Positions 62,879 to 64,000 of a DNA stretch of 64,000 bases are shown here, in pieces; the first letter of the stretch is position 1; each line of letters begins with the position of its first letter. Position numbers and translations under genes: made by a program. The notes beneath the pieces were generated by a model that had not been told where the DNA came from, did not search any database, and worked only from the letters and a program-made list of their open reading frames with translations. This DNA is from Desulfobacterales bacterium (GTDB taxonomy: Bacteria; Desulfobacterota; Desulfobacteria; Desulfobacterales; JAFDDL01): assembly GCA_040235505.1 (NCBI GenBank), contig JBECKW010000017.1, positions 8,139 through 72,138 of the forward strand. Reading direction: 5' to 3'.

Positions 62879-64000
62879 ATGCGCTTGAAAAATTCGCTCT
62901 CAAACTCTTTTCATTTAAAAAAACTGCCTTGGTTATGTTTCTTTTTTATGTTCGGCCTGTTCTTCGCTTCCACCGCCACAGCCGACCTTCGCACGGATAG
63001 TCCCGTGGTGAAAGCGGTTCAAAAAGTCAGTAATGCGGTGGTGAATATCAGCACCGAATATGAGGTTAAAACCACCTCCAATCCCTTTTCAAGGTTTAAC
63101 CAGGATTCTCTTTTTAATTATTTTTTCAAAGACTTCAATGAACCCGGATTTAGGCAGAATGCCAAACGCACCAGCCTGGGCTCCGGCGTGATCATCGATG
63201 GTACCCGCGGATTTGTGCTGACCAACACCCATGTAATTGCCGAAAGTGGTACCATCCATGTTATCTTGAAAGACAATCGTCAGTTCGATGCAAAAATCGT
63301 CGGAGCCGACAGTGATTCGGACCTGGCGGTGCTGAAAATTTTCTCCAGGGAAAAACTTCCATCCATTGAAATGGGAATTTCCGATGACCTTTTGATTGGA
63401 GAAACGGTGATTGCCATTGGAAATCCGTTCGGCTTTTCCAACACGGTCACCACCGGAGTTGTCAGCGCCTTGAATCGAACGGTCCAGACCGAAGACAAGA
63501 CCTACCGCGATTTTATCCAGACCGATGCCTCCATCAACCCCGGAAACAGTGGCGGGCCGCTGCTGAACATTAACGGGGATCTGATCGGTATCAACACGGC
63601 CGTATACGCCAACGCCCAGGGAATCGGTTTCGCCATTCCCATCAGCAAGGCTATCCGGATCGTAAACGACCTGATTAAATATGGCGAGGTGATTCATGCC
63701 TGGATCGGTCTTTCTCTTCAGGCCATGGACAGCCAGCTGTCGGCATATCTGAACACGGATCAGAAACAGGGCGTTCTGATCAACAAGGTGTATTCGGGCA
63801 GTCCTGCCGCTAAGGCGGGCCTCCGCCCGGGAGATATCCTCGTATCCATCGACAAGACGACTCTTTCCAACCCTGCTGACTACCGGGCAGCCTTGAAAGA
63901 TGCCTCGCTTGGCCAGAACCTTACCCTGGTATGCCGGAGAAACAACTCCTCTCTTAAAGTGAGCGTCACACCGTCGGCGTTTCCAATGGATTCGGCCCTG
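62879..64000 (+). CDS. HtrA/DegP-family periplasmic serine protease (partial; continues past the right edge)
   Basis: Not in the ORF track because there is no stop in the window. Starts MRLKNSLSNSF with a signal peptide. Catalytic triad blocks are LTNTHVI, DSDLAVLKI and NPGNSGGPLLN. The PDZ block is GVLINKVYSGSPAAKAGLRPGDILVSID. Confidence 0.85.
   Translation, partial: MRLKNSLSNSFHLKKLPWLCFFFMFGLFFASTATADLRTDSPVVKAVQKVSNAVVNISTEYEVKTTSNPFSRFNQDSLFNYFFKDFNEPGFRQNAKRTSLGSGVIIDGTRGFVLTNTHVIAESGTIHVILKDNRQFDAKIVGADSDSDLAVLKIFSREKLPSIEMGISDDLLIGETVIAIGNPFGFSNTVTTGVVSALNRTVQTEDKTYRDFIQTDASINPGNSGGPLLNINGDLIGINTAVYANAQGIGFAIPISKAIRIVNDLIKYGEVIHAWIGLSLQAMDSQLSAYLNTDQKQGVLINKVYSGSPAAKAGLRPGDILVSIDKTTLSNPADYRAALKDASLGQNLTLVCRRNNSSLKVSVTPSAFPMDSAL

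Overview
This is a 64 kb chromosomal window with mid-50s % GC, judged by eye. Gene content suggests a Desulfobacterota or deltaproteobacterium-like organism, but that is inference only. It is almost entirely core and accessory metabolism. I saw no transposase, integrase, phage gene or CRISPR array.

Gene order, left to right:
- clpX (partial)-clpP-tig, tRNA-Leu(TAG), a cell-wall amidase and tRNA-Pro(TGG).
- A large minus-strand glycogen locus. Two UGP2-type UDP-glucose pyrophosphorylase paralogs bracket a tightly packed operon of a 1428-aa GH13+amylo-1,6-glucosidase fusion, glgP, glgA and a eukaryote-type glgB. The locus also holds a ChaN-like lipoprotein, a VOC protein, a Cys-rich SAP/Rho_N-like mini-protein and an SDR.
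- A complete plus-strand MoxR/DUF58/Bat (aerotolerance-type) operon. It runs straight into a GldA/GldF/GldG-like ABC system and a DUF4340 gene.
- A long PiT phosphate transporter, moaB, 5-formyl-THF cyclo-ligase and pcm.
- A minus-strand run of DUF368, nrdJ, a LysR regulator, coaD, rsmD, ntrX-like, ntrY-like, DUF4390 and lpxC, then comM/yifB.
- A Gly/Met-rich lipoprotein and a YkgJ-type Cys-cluster protein.
- mnmE-jag-yidC-yidD-rnpA-rpmH, then RNase G with a fused radical-SAM/DUF2344 protein, then a partial htrA/degP.

Most noteworthy observations:
1. The glycogen locus lacks glgC and has a eukaryote-like enzyme set.
2. The 1428-aa protein joins a GH13 module to a GH133-type module.
3. Three long intergenic inverted repeats are built from short tandem sequence words. 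One of them (34338-34521) shows strand-specific G·U compensation. Another (26573-26800) brackets the candidate batD start codons and encodes part of the BatD signal peptide.
4. A near-consensus sigma54 promoter lies in front of one UGP paralog.

All calls rest on reading the sequence and the supplied ORF track. No database search was run.
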